Assembly: GCA_001784285.1 (NCBI GenBank)
Contig: MFQC01000007.1
Location: forward strand, 4,197-68,196
DNA from: Candidatus Magasanikbacteria bacterium RIFCSPHIGHO2_02_FULL_48_18
GTDB lineage: Bacteria; Patescibacteriota; Patescibacteriia; Magasanikbacterales; UBA922
Reading direction: 5' to 3'
Length of the DNA: 64,000 nucleotides
Each line of letters begins with the position of its first letter. Position 1 is the stretch's first letter. Shown here one piece after another: positions 20,100 to 28,692 of the stretch. Position numbers and translations under genes: made by a program. The notes under the pieces were generated by a model that saw only the letters and a list, made by a program, of their open reading frames with translations, ran no database searches and was not told the DNA's origin.

Positions 20100-20294
20100 T
20101 GTGCCCTCCTCCAGGCAATGGGTTTCAATTCAAAACTGTTGTTGGTTGGTTTTGTATCATGACGTTTGAAGGAAAGCAAGGCTTTTTGAGTTTTCTGAGA
20201 TATCTGACAAAACAGAGAAAATCTAGACAACCTGTTCAAAAAAAGGTATTCTAACCGTGGAAGCTTCCACTTCTTATTTTTGTGTCCTTCTCGT

Positions 20295-20699
20295 ATGAAA
20301 GATTGTATTTTTTGCAAAATTATCAATAAAGAAATTCCAAACCATACGATATACGAGGATAATCACTCACTCGCTTTTTTGGATATTTTTCCTCATGCCA
20401 AAGGCCACGCTGTCGTCATTCCAAAAATTCACGCAGAAACTATATTTGATTTGAATGAAGAATTATTCAAAGAATTGTCTGTGGCAATAAAAAAGACCAT
20501 GAACCGAATTGAAGAGGTGCTCCACCCGGATGGATATAATGTCGGGTGGAATCACGAAAAAGCCGGCGGACAAGTAGTGCCGCATGTGCATGTGCATATT
20601 ATGCCCCGCTGGGAAGGGGACGGAGGCGGCAGTCAGCATTCGGTCATCAAAAATCCCGGGAGTATGACCGTTGATGAGGTCGCAAAGTTGTTCAGCTGA
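20295..20699 (+). CDS. HIT-family (histidine triad) nucleotide hydrolase
   Basis: MKDCIFCKII..., histidine triad HVHVHIMPR. Start at ATG 20295; ORF-track start 20280 is TTG. Confidence 0.85.
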   Translation: MKDCIFCKIINKEIPNHTIYEDNHSLAFLDIFPHAKGHAVVIPKIHAETIFDLNEELFKELSVAIKKTMNRIEEVLHPDGYNVGWNHEKAGGQVVPHVHVHIMPRWEGDGGGSQHSVIKNPGSMTVDEVAKLFS

Positions 20700-20706
20700 T
20701 TGTTGT

Positions 20707-21270
20707 ATGCCCAAGCATCTCAAAAAATTGTCAGAAGAAGTCCTTCATCAAAATCCATGGTGGACGTATAAACACGATACCTACGAAAAACCGAACGGTG
20801 AAACCGGAGATTATTATTATGCGGTATTGCCCGGCAATTCCATTATTATTCCAGTATTATCGGATGGACGATTGATTCTCACGCTTCAATACCGGTACAT
20901 TACCGAAAAAATGAGTATAGAGTTTCCCTGCGGCGGGCGGCATGATACAGAGGCGACCGCGCTTGATACCGCCAAGGCGGAATTGTTGGAAGAAACCGGC
21001 TTTACCGCTCACGAATTTATTCATATTGGAACGTTTCAGGCGTTGAATGGTGTTGTGGATGACGAAAGTCACGTGTTTCTTGCGCATATACAAGAACAGG
21101 GCGCGCCCCAGCCGGATGATACGGAAGAAATTGAAATACTTTATCGAAAGCCGGAAGAAGTGGATGAGATGATTCGAAGGAATGAAATTTGGGATGGGCA
21201 GACCATGGCCGCCTGGGCCATGGCGCACCATCATTTTTTACATAAAGAAAAAATGGTTGATGAAAGTTAG
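20707..21270 (+). CDS. NUDIX hydrolase (ADP-ribose pyrophosphatase-like), native low-GC copy
   Basis: Nudix box PCGGRHDTEATALDTAKAELLEETGF; 187 aa. Start trimmed to MPKHLKK after the HIT stop. Confidence 0.75.
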   Translation: MPKHLKKLSEEVLHQNPWWTYKHDTYEKPNGETGDYYYAVLPGNSIIIPVLSDGRLILTLQYRYITEKMSIEFPCGGRHDTEATALDTAKAELLEETGFTAHEFIHIGTFQALNGVVDDESHVFLAHIQEQGAPQPDDTEEIEILYRKPEEVDEMIRRNEIWDGQTMAAWAMAHHHFLHKEKMVDES

Positions 21271-21275
21271 ATTGT

Positions 21276-21707
21276 ATGGATCAAGAGCCTATCGTTCACA
21301 TACCAAAAGAGGAAGAGCCGACGAACGCCCACGCCAATCACTTTCTTCAAATTTTTTTATTTGTGGACGATGCCAGCAAAACCGGACGCGTGCTTTCGAC
21401 CGCAAAAATCGGCGAAGTCTATATGTCACGGTTAACGATCGAGCCGGGCATTGTGACAGGTAATTTGTACAGCAAAGAGACAAATATCATGTTTTTTGTA
21501 GAACGGGGTTCGGTCATTGCGGAATTTGAACACATAGAAACAAAAGTAAGAAAACATATTGAGATGAAACCTGGAAAAAATGCAGTGCATGTGTTTCCTT
21601 ATGTGGCACGGGCTATAAAAAATGTTGGCCATAATGAAGCCGTTTTGATTTTTTTTTCGAACAGGCGACTTCGGTCAGGAGATGATTTTGAGTATCTTCT
21701 TGTATAA
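21276..21707 (+). CDS. hypothetical protein, possible small beta-barrel (cupin-like) protein at the head of the rml genes
   Basis: 143 aa with no catalytic motif I can name (no HxH cupin signature). Positioned immediately upstream of rmlB/rmlD, so an RmlC/FdtA-like role is only a positional guess. Confidence 0.35.
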   Translation: MDQEPIVHIPKEEEPTNAHANHFLQIFLFVDDASKTGRVLSTAKIGEVYMSRLTIEPGIVTGNLYSKETNIMFFVERGSVIAEFEHIETKVRKHIEMKPGKNAVHVFPYVARAIKNVGHNEAVLIFFSNRRLRSGDDFEYLLV

Positions 21708-21716
21708 TTTTATATT

Positions 21717-22742
21717 ATGCGAACGATATTGGTCACCGGCGGTGCGGGATTTATTGGATCCAATTTTATTCACTACTGGATGGACGCATACCCCGAAGAT
21801 CGAGTTTTGAATGTTGATCTTTTGACGTACGCGGGCAATTTGGAAAATTTAAAATCGGTAAGCGAAGACCTACGCTATACGTTTATTCGGGCGGATATTA
21901 CGGATTTTGAAGTTATGAAACGCGCCATGCAGGGGGTGGATTTTGTGGTCAATTTTGCGGCAGAGTCTCATAATGACCGTGCGGTTCTTGATCCGGGTGT
22001 TTTTGTCCGAACCAATGTATTGGGGACTCAAATTTTACTTGAGGCCGCTCGTCAAGCTGGCGTCAAACGGTTTCATCATATTTCCACGTGTGAAGTGTTT
22101 GGTGATCTCGCACTTGATGAAGACCGCGCGTTCAAAGAAGACGACGCATATGTGCCTCGAACGCCATACAACGCGTCAAAAGCCGGAGCAAACCACGAAG
22201 TGATGGCGTATTTTCATACGTATGGCATGCCGGTGACCATCAGCCACTGCTCCAATAATTACGGGCCGTATCAATTTCCGGAAAAATTAATTCCGTTGTT
22301 TACCACGAACGCGCTTGAGGACAAACCGTTGCCGCTCTTCAAGAGCAGTGCCAATAGAAGAGAATGGATTCATGTGGATGACCACTCCCGCGCGATTGAT
22401 ATGATTTTACAGAAAGGGACCGTTGGCGAAGCGTACAACATTGGAACTGGGGTGGAAAAAAGCATTGAAGACATTACGGATATTATTTTGGACGCTTTAC
22501 AAAAACCGGAGTCATTAAAAACCTATGTGCCGGATCGGCTTGGCCATGATCGGCGGTATCTCCTTGACACATCAAAAATTCGTTCCAAGCTTGGATGGAA
22601 GCCGGAGAAGGGATTTGAAGAGGGGATACGCGAGACCATTCGCTGGTATGTTGATCATCGCGAGTGGTGGGAACGGGTGAAAAGCGGCGCATATCAGGAA
22701 TATTACAAGACATATTATTATGATAAAATTGGCAAACAATAA
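21717..22742 (+). CDS. rfbB: dTDP-glucose 4,6-dehydratase
   Basis: MRTILVTGGAGFIGSNF, YNASKAG (YxxxK), ...HISTCEVFGDL... region; 341 aa. Classic RmlB. Confidence 0.9.
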   Translation: MRTILVTGGAGFIGSNFIHYWMDAYPEDRVLNVDLLTYAGNLENLKSVSEDLRYTFIRADITDFEVMKRAMQGVDFVVNFAAESHNDRAVLDPGVFVRTNVLGTQILLEAARQAGVKRFHHISTCEVFGDLALDEDRAFKEDDAYVPRTPYNASKAGANHEVMAYFHTYGMPVTISHCSNNYGPYQFPEKLIPLFTTNALEDKPLPLFKSSANRREWIHVDDHSRAIDMILQKGTVGEAYNIGTGVEKSIEDITDIILDALQKPESLKTYVPDRLGHDRRYLLDTSKIRSKLGWKPEKGFEEGIRETIRWYVDHREWWERVKSGAYQEYYKTYYYDKIGKQ

Positions 22743-22746
22743 TTTT

Positions 22747-23619
22747 ATGAAAATACTTATTGTTGGCAATGGATACATTGCAAAGCGCTGCGCCAAGGCG
22801 TGGGAAAACGCGATTCATGATCCGCGTAAAATATATTCCAAAGAAGACGTGCTGGCGATTTTGGATACTCACCAGCCTGATGTGGTGTTGAATGCGGCAG
22901 GCGTGCGCGGCAAACCCAATGTCGATTGGTGCGAGACCCATCAAATGGAAACGATTTTGGGAAATACGAAATTACCGATTATCATCGCCGAAGGCTGTCA
23001 AGAAAGAAATGTATATTTACTGCATATTGGTTCAGGCTGTATTTTTTATGGTGATTCACCGCATCCGGATAAGAAGTGGCGAGAACATGATATGGGGAAT
23101 CCAACCGAAGTAACCTATTCGCGCACCAAATGGGCCGCGGATTTAGTGCTGTCCACGCTTCCCAATACCGGCATCGCGCGCATTCGCATGCCGATTGACT
23201 GGATTCCGTCAGCCTTTAACATGATTGATAAACTCGCGACCTATCCAAAGGTGATTGACGTAGAAAACAGCGTGACCGTGATTGACGATATGGTGGATGT
23301 GTTTTATAAGCTTATGGAGAAAAAAGCAGAGGGTATTTTTCATGTCACGAATCCGGGGACGCTCAAACACAAAGAAATTGTCGCACTCTACGAAGCAATG
23401 GTTGATCCGACACACACGAATGAATGGATTAGCAACGAGGATTTAGTAAAGCAGGGGCTTGCCACAAAAGGTCGCTCAAACAATTTTTTGGCGTCCGAAC
23501 GTCTTGCCGAAATCGGTATTTCCATGCGTGAGGTGCATGAAGCCATAAGCGATACCATGGAAAAATACGCAAAAGCGAAGAAAGAGGGGATGTCGAGTGA
23601 TGAGGTATTGGCGTGTTGA
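22747..23619 (+). CDS. dTDP-4-dehydrorhamnose reductase-like (RmlD family) NAD(P)-binding protein
   Basis: MKILIVGNGYIAKR N-terminus; size (~290 aa) and position after rmlB. Sequence is divergent, so the assignment is by family and shape, not strong motifs. Confidence 0.55.
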   Translation: MKILIVGNGYIAKRCAKAWENAIHDPRKIYSKEDVLAILDTHQPDVVLNAAGVRGKPNVDWCETHQMETILGNTKLPIIIAEGCQERNVYLLHIGSGCIFYGDSPHPDKKWREHDMGNPTEVTYSRTKWAADLVLSTLPNTGIARIRMPIDWIPSAFNMIDKLATYPKVIDVENSVTVIDDMVDVFYKLMEKKAEGIFHVTNPGTLKHKEIVALYEAMVDPTHTNEWISNEDLVKQGLATKGRSNNFLASERLAEIGISMREVHEAISDTMEKYAKAKKEGMSSDEVLAC

Positions 23620-23670
23620 CATACGCAATGGCGATGATATATTTGAAGTATGTATTTTTAATTTTATTCT

Positions 23671-24168
23671 ATGAAGGAGGAAAATAGCAAAAAAAGAATG
23701 GGAGAACGAAAAACGAATTTGGATAAACCGGTGACGCTTGGGTTGTTACTCGAGTTCACGGATGATTTTCTTATTCCACGGTTGTCTGATGTTATGTCTG
23801 ACACCATAAAAAGCGAAGTCGGAAAATCCGAACATCGAATGAAGATATATGTGGATGATAAACTCGCTCGGTTTGCGGCTGAAATAACGGGAAGGTCTGA
23901 GAAACGGTTTGAGAAGATTGATAGAAGGTTTGAAACAATGGACAAGAGGTTTGAAACAATAGAGAAGAGAATGGAGAAAGGGTTTGAAAAAGTTGATAAG
24001 AGATTTGAAAAAATGGATAAGAGGTTCGAGAATATGGATAAACGATTTGATAGATTGGAACATATTCGTGGAAGAGATGTCTTGTTCAAAGAAAAAGTTG
24101 TGGATGTATTTGAAGAGCGGGGTGTTTGTGGGCCGGATGACACGGCATATTTAAGAGGAGTCATTTGA
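23671..24168 (+). CDS. coiled-coil protein with tandem heptad DKRFExM repeats (XhlA/DUF1640-like repeat architecture); function unknown
   Basis: ...KRFEKIDRRFETMDKRFETIEKRMEKGFEKVDKRFEKMDKRFENMDKRFDRLE...; encoded by a 21-nt tandem repeat. The antisense ORFs are mirror artefacts. Confidence 0.5.
   Translation: MKEENSKKRMGERKTNLDKPVTLGLLLEFTDDFLIPRLSDVMSDTIKSEVGKSEHRMKIYVDDKLARFAAEITGRSEKRFEKIDRRFETMDKRFETIEKRMEKGFEKVDKRFEKMDKRFENMDKRFDRLEHIRGRDVLFKEKVVDVFEERGVCGPDDTAYLRGVI
23899..24060 (+). repeat. about eight tandem 21-nt coding repeats (aagaggtttgaaacaatggac-like units)
   Basis: Visible 21-nt periodicity: ...aaacggtttgagaagattgat agaaggtttgaaacaatggac aagaggtttgaaacaatagag... aagagatttgaaaaaatggat aagaggttcgagaatatggat aaacgatttgatagattggaa. 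Confidence 0.7.
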
Positions 24169-24307
24169 ATTTTGAGCCACCCCGAGGAAGATCAAAATTT
24201 TTAAACATCAAAAAACAGCGAACAGCGATGTTGGCTGTTTTTTATTTGTCTTGTACTATTGACAGTAGGTGAGGGGGTGGAATTAAACCCAAAAAAAGGA
24301 GGAAGCC

Positions 24308-24778
24308 ATGAAAGTGGCAACGCTCTGCTACGTGTTTCGGCACGGACAGGTGCTCCTGATTCGGGGCACCAAAAAGTACGCACCGCACTACGGCGTCTGG
24401 AACGGCCTCGGCGGCAAGGTCGAGGTCGGGGAGACGCCGGAAGCGTGCGTTCGAAGAGAAGTTGCCGAGGAGGGCGGTATTATCCTCGGCAACGTCCTGC
24501 TTCTCGGCCGGATGCTCGTGTCCGGCCTCGGCCCGGAGCCGTGGCTGGTTCACGTGTTTATTTCTTCCGACTTCACCGGCGAAGTGGAAGAAACCGTGGA
24601 CTTTGGCTGGTTTGACCTTGAGGAGGTGTGGGAACTCCCGCTTCTCGAGGCCGATCGCCGATACCTTCTGCCGGCCGTTTTTGCCAGGGCCGTCTTTAGC
24701 GCCTGCTTTGTGTATCAGCACGGCGTCCTTGTCGGCGGGTTCCTCGCGGAGAGGAATAACGAGGAGGAATTGAATTAG
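24308..24778 (+). CDS. NUDIX hydrolase (MutT-like), GC-rich copy
   Basis: Nudix box GGKVEVGETPEACVRREVAEEGGI. About 60% GC. Perfect AGGAGG Shine-Dalgarno (24291-24296) upstream of the ATG, followed by a strong terminator. Confidence 0.8.
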   Translation: MKVATLCYVFRHGQVLLIRGTKKYAPHYGVWNGLGGKVEVGETPEACVRREVAEEGGIILGNVLLLGRMLVSGLGPEPWLVHVFISSDFTGEVEETVDFGWFDLEEVWELPLLEADRRYLLPAVFARAVFSACFVYQHGVLVGGFLAERNNEEELN

Positions 24779-24811
24779 CCCCGATACGTATCGGGGTTGC
24801 TTGTTTTTTTT
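24779..24811 (+). terminator. rho-independent terminator
   Basis: Perfect palindrome ccccgatac/gtatcgggg (24779-24796) followed by ttgcttgtttttttt. Confidence 0.75.
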
Positions 24812-24844
24812 AGATATTCTCTATACCATAGTAAAGAGAAACCT

Positions 24845-25702
24845 ATGGATTTGTCGGTTATTACGGTCACGTGGAATTCTGCTGATTTTATAAGAGAACA
24901 GCTCCGTTCGGTTGTTTTGGGTTGCCGAACTATTTCTTTTGAACAAATTGTGGTGGATAATGCCTCAACCGACAAAACAGTGGCATTGGTGCAGAAGGAA
25001 TTCCCTCAGGTTCGGGTGATTGCCAATATGGAAAATAAAGGATTTGGCGCGGGCAATAATCAGGGTGTTGCAGTAAGTATGGGCAGGTATTTGTTATTTC
25101 TTAATGCTGATATGCGATTACACGAGGGAAGCCTTGACGCAATGGTTTCCTGGATGGACGCGCATCCGGATGTTGGTATCGCGAGTCCAAAATTAGTGGA
25201 TGAACATGGTTATATCAATTGGGACGCGTCTCCAAGACGATTTCCACGCGTATGGGAACAGGCCGCCCTCATTTTAAAATTGCCGCATCTGTTTCCGCAA
25301 CTCTTGAATGGTTATCTTATGAAAACGTTTAATTTTGAAAAAGAGCAGGTGGTTGACAGTGTCCGCGGTTCTTTTTTTTGTATGCGGCGTGAACTTGTCG
25401 ACAAACTTGGCTGGGCGTTTGATCCTCGGTATTTTCTCTGGTTTGAAGAGGTGGACGCGTGCCATGAAGCAAAACAGTTGGGATACCGAGTTATGTACAC
25501 GCCTGTTATTTCGTGTGTGGATTATATCGGCCAAAGTTTTAAACAACGCACCACGCTCTGGAAACAAAAACAATTTACCAAAAGTATGCTCACGTATTTT
25601 CAAAAATGGGAACCGTGGTGGAAATGGGTATGGATCGCGATCGCGCGGCCGATTGGGATATCGATCGTGTGGATAGGTGAGAAAGGTAAAATTCATTTTT
25701 GA
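24845..25702 (+). CDS. glycosyltransferase family 2 (GT-A fold)
   Basis: MDLSVITVTWNSADFI...VVDNASTDKT...NKGFGAGNNQG... matches DxD/GT2 signature motifs. Start trimmed to ATG 24845. Confidence 0.8.
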   Translation: MDLSVITVTWNSADFIREQLRSVVLGCRTISFEQIVVDNASTDKTVALVQKEFPQVRVIANMENKGFGAGNNQGVAVSMGRYLLFLNADMRLHEGSLDAMVSWMDAHPDVGIASPKLVDEHGYINWDASPRRFPRVWEQAALILKLPHLFPQLLNGYLMKTFNFEKEQVVDSVRGSFFCMRRELVDKLGWAFDPRYFLWFEEVDACHEAKQLGYRVMYTPVISCVDYIGQSFKQRTTLWKQKQFTKSMLTYFQKWEPWWKWVWIAIARPIGISIVWIGEKGKIHF

Positions 25703-25727
25703 CTTTTGAGTTTTTCCTTTTGGTTCT

Positions 25728-26825
25728 ATGTCAAAACTCTCTGTGCACCTCGTCACCTGGAACGGCGCGAAATATATTCCGTATCTTTTTGATTCCTTTA
25801 AAAAACAGACGTTTCAAGATTGGCAGATGGTTGTTTTGGATAATGCCTCTGAAGATGCCACGGTTGGGGCGATAGAAAACGAATTGATATCATTTTCATA
25901 CCCGCATGAATTGATTCGAAACAAAGAAAATAAAGGATTCGCGGGCGGGCATAATCAGTTGTTTCGATTGGCCATGAACAAAGAACAAGACGCTCCTGAG
26001 TATATAGTATTGCTCAATCAAGACATGTATCTTATGCCGGATTGTTTGGAGAAGCTGGTAGTATTTTTGGATAGAGAACACGATGTCGCGGCCGTGACGC
26101 CGAGGCTCATGAAATGGAATTTTTGTCTTCTCAAGGAAAAGCCAGGCATTTCATTAGAAGAAAGTTTTACGGATTGCATTGATTCTCTCGGTCTCAAAGT
26201 ATTTCGAAGTCGGCGAGTGATAGAAAAATATGCAGGAAAAGAATGGGAAAACATAAAATCAAAAATGAATCTTTCTTTCCGCGCAACGCCGTTTGAACGC
26301 GATACGATTCTTGAGGTGTTTGGCGTGTCTGGGGCGCTTCCTCTGTTTCGGCGATCCGCGCTTGAAGCTATTTCGTTTTCGGACGGGACCTTTTTGGATG
26401 AACAATATCATGCATACAAAGAAGATGTGGACCTCGCGTTTCGTCTGCGTTTAGCAGGTTATCGGGCCTTTGTTGAGCTTGACGCGGTTGCGTATCATGA
26501 TCGCTCTGCCGTTGGTATGGAACGCATGAGTGACACGGTCGCGGCGGAGAACAAAAAAAAACAATCGTCGTGGGTAAAGCATAACAGTTATAAAAACCAT
26601 CTCATGACCCTGTATAAAAATGAATATTGGCAGAATGTCGTCTTGGATTTTCCTTGGATTTTTTGGTACGAACTAAAAAAGTTTTTTTGGTTTTTGCTGT
26701 TTGATCGGTCTGTATTGAAAGGACTTGGGGACATCTGGCGTAAGCGGAACGCGTTGAAAGAAAAAAGAACACATATTCGAGCAAAAAGAAAAATTTCTTG
26801 GAAAGCAATGAGACAGTGGTGGTAA
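25728..26825 (+). CDS. glycosyltransferase family 2
   Basis: LSVHLVTWNGAKYI...VLDNASEDAT...NKGFAGGHNQL; 365 aa. Confidence 0.8.
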   Translation: MSKLSVHLVTWNGAKYIPYLFDSFKKQTFQDWQMVVLDNASEDATVGAIENELISFSYPHELIRNKENKGFAGGHNQLFRLAMNKEQDAPEYIVLLNQDMYLMPDCLEKLVVFLDREHDVAAVTPRLMKWNFCLLKEKPGISLEESFTDCIDSLGLKVFRSRRVIEKYAGKEWENIKSKMNLSFRATPFERDTILEVFGVSGALPLFRRSALEAISFSDGTFLDEQYHAYKEDVDLAFRLRLAGYRAFVELDAVAYHDRSAVGMERMSDTVAAENKKKQSSWVKHNSYKNHLMTLYKNEYWQNVVLDFPWIFWYELKKFFWFLLFDRSVLKGLGDIWRKRNALKEKRTHIRAKRKISWKAMRQWW

Positions 26826-26856
26826 AATGAGAAACGAGAGTTTTTAATATATTTTT

Positions 26857-27786
26857 ATGGAATATCTCACCTTTCATAATGGCACAGCAGTGCCGCAGTT
26901 GGGATTGGGGACATGGCAATCACCAGCAAGCCACGTGACAAACGCGGTTGTGTTTGCCATCCGAGACGCGGGCTACCGCCATATTGATTGCGCGGCCGTG
27001 TATAAAAACGAACCGGCGGTTGGTGACGCATTTTCTCAGCTGTTCCCGAGGGTCGTGCCAAGAGAAGACGTTTTTGTCACGAGTAAACTATGGAATTCCG
27101 CGCATCATCCTCATGATGTGCGTCCGGCTTGCTTGCAAACGCTGAAAGATCTAGAGCTCGAGTATCTTGATGTATATCTCATGCATTGGGGCATTGCCAC
27201 AAGGGGGGGGTTGGGCGGCAATTCAAAAAAAATGGATCATTTGGCGCCAGTGTCAATTCAGGAGACCTGGCACGCTATGGAAAAGTTGGTTGATGAAGGG
27301 CTGGTGCGCCATATTGGCGTCAGTAATTTTACTGGAATTATGTTGGTGGATCTTTTGACGTACGCGCGCTATCGTCCGGTTATGAATCAAATCGAACTCC
27401 ATCCATATAACGTCCAGGAGCGGTTGGTGCAGTTTTGTCAAGGCATGGGTATGTGTGTTACCGCGTATTCACCGCTTGGCAGACCTGGCAATGCGATCAC
27501 CGAGGCAGAGCCGGACGAGAAAGCGCATCATCTTTTTAACGAACCAATCATCAAAGATGTCGCCGCGTCCCTTGGAAAAACACCCGCACAAGTGGTGTTG
27601 CGGTGGGCTGTCGAGAGAGGAGTCTGTGTTATACCGAAAAGCACCTCTGAAGAACATATTATGGGTAACAGCAAGATTTTTGATTTCGCGCTAACCAATG
27701 AACAGATGCATCGGATTTCATCTTTGGATGAACATTTTCGTTTTGTTGACCCAATTGCGTGGGACGAGGTTCCGTATTTTGATTAG
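26857..27786 (+). CDS. aldo/keto reductase (AKR superfamily)
   Basis: LGLGTWQS, IDCAAVYKNE, SKLWNS, IGVSNF motifs; 309 aa. Confidence 0.85.
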   Translation: MEYLTFHNGTAVPQLGLGTWQSPASHVTNAVVFAIRDAGYRHIDCAAVYKNEPAVGDAFSQLFPRVVPREDVFVTSKLWNSAHHPHDVRPACLQTLKDLELEYLDVYLMHWGIATRGGLGGNSKKMDHLAPVSIQETWHAMEKLVDEGLVRHIGVSNFTGIMLVDLLTYARYRPVMNQIELHPYNVQERLVQFCQGMGMCVTAYSPLGRPGNAITEAEPDEKAHHLFNEPIIKDVAASLGKTPAQVVLRWAVERGVCVIPKSTSEEHIMGNSKIFDFALTNEQMHRISSLDEHFRFVDPIAWDEVPYFD

Positions 27787-27843
27787 TACCCTTGTTTGTT
27801 CAGTGGGTGTGTGGTAGGGTAGCCGCCGGTATATGAGAAACGT

Positions 27844-28692
27844 ATGAAAGATGTAAACATCGTATTTTTGAATTATTTTTGCAAAGACGACATTTTGAAT
27901 GCCGTGGATTCTTTGGTTCAGGATATCAAAGATTGCCCGTATGACGTGCAGATCACGGTTGCCGATAATTCGGAAAATAAAGACGGTATGAAAGAAGATC
28001 TTCTTTTGCGCTTTCCACAGGCGCTTTATGTGGATACCGGCGGCAATGTTGGCTTTGGCAAAGGAAATGTTTGTGGGTTTCAAAGGACCGTCGCGCGATA
28101 TTATTTTGCCTTAAACAGAGATACCATCATTCCCGAACAGTCAAAAACAATTCAGCGTATTATTGCATTTATGGACGGGCATCCCCAGATCGGATGCATC
28201 GGCCCTAAATTATTAAATATGGACGGCACGTTGCAATATTCGTGTTATCGTTTTGATTTGCCTTCCATCCTCATCAAACCGTTGAAACAAATTCATTTTG
28301 ATCGAAAATATCGATGGGTAAAATTGAGAACCGATCATTTGCTTATGACGGATTTTGATCATGAAAGCACGCGTCCCGTTGACTGGGTCCTTGGCGCCGC
28401 CATGGTGGTTCGCAAGGAAGTGGTAGACCATATTGGATGGTTCGACGATCGGTATTTTATGTACTTGGAAGATTGCGATTGGTGCCGACGGATGTGGGAC
28501 GTGGGCTGGCCGGTGTATTATGTTCATGATATAGTGATACGGCATAAACACGCGCGCGATTCCGCAAAAATTCCAGGTTTGTTGCGCGCGTTGTTTAAAA
28601 ATAAACTGGCCCGCATTCACGCCTCAAGCTGGATAAAATATCTTCTCAAGTGGCGGGGCAAACACAAATATTATGCTTCAAAATTATCCTAA
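27844..28692 (+). CDS. glycosyltransferase family 2
   Basis: ...QITVADNSENKDG...GGNVGFGKGNVCG...; GT2-type catalytic region ...WFDDRYFMYLEDCDW (ED motif). Confidence 0.7.
   Translation: MKDVNIVFLNYFCKDDILNAVDSLVQDIKDCPYDVQITVADNSENKDGMKEDLLLRFPQALYVDTGGNVGFGKGNVCGFQRTVARYYFALNRDTIIPEQSKTIQRIIAFMDGHPQIGCIGPKLLNMDGTLQYSCYRFDLPSILIKPLKQIHFDRKYRWVKLRTDHLLMTDFDHESTRPVDWVLGAAMVVRKEVVDHIGWFDDRYFMYLEDCDWCRRMWDVGWPVYYVHDIVIRHKHARDSAKIPGLLRALFKNKLARIHASSWIKYLLKWRGKHKYYASKLS

Noticed and set aside
19590-20118. Arg/Pro-rich ORFs 19639..20118(-), 19590..19904(+) and 19445..19669(-) in GC-islet 1
   Set aside because: High GC opens all frames. Only the 19386..20099(-) frame gives a multi-TM protein with the CDP-alcohol transferase motif.
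23899-24060. Possible CRISPR array (regularly repeated 21-mers)
   Set aside because: Repeats are contiguous with no spacers and in-frame inside a CDS. There are no cas genes nearby. It is a coding tandem repeat, not a CRISPR.
23664-24164. Minus-strand ORFs 23664..24164 and 23746..24063 (SNLLSIFSNLLS... repeats)
   Set aside because: They are the reverse-complement reading of the 21-nt tandem repeat. The plus-strand coiled-coil reading has the ATG, an AAGGAGG-like site and sensible flanks.
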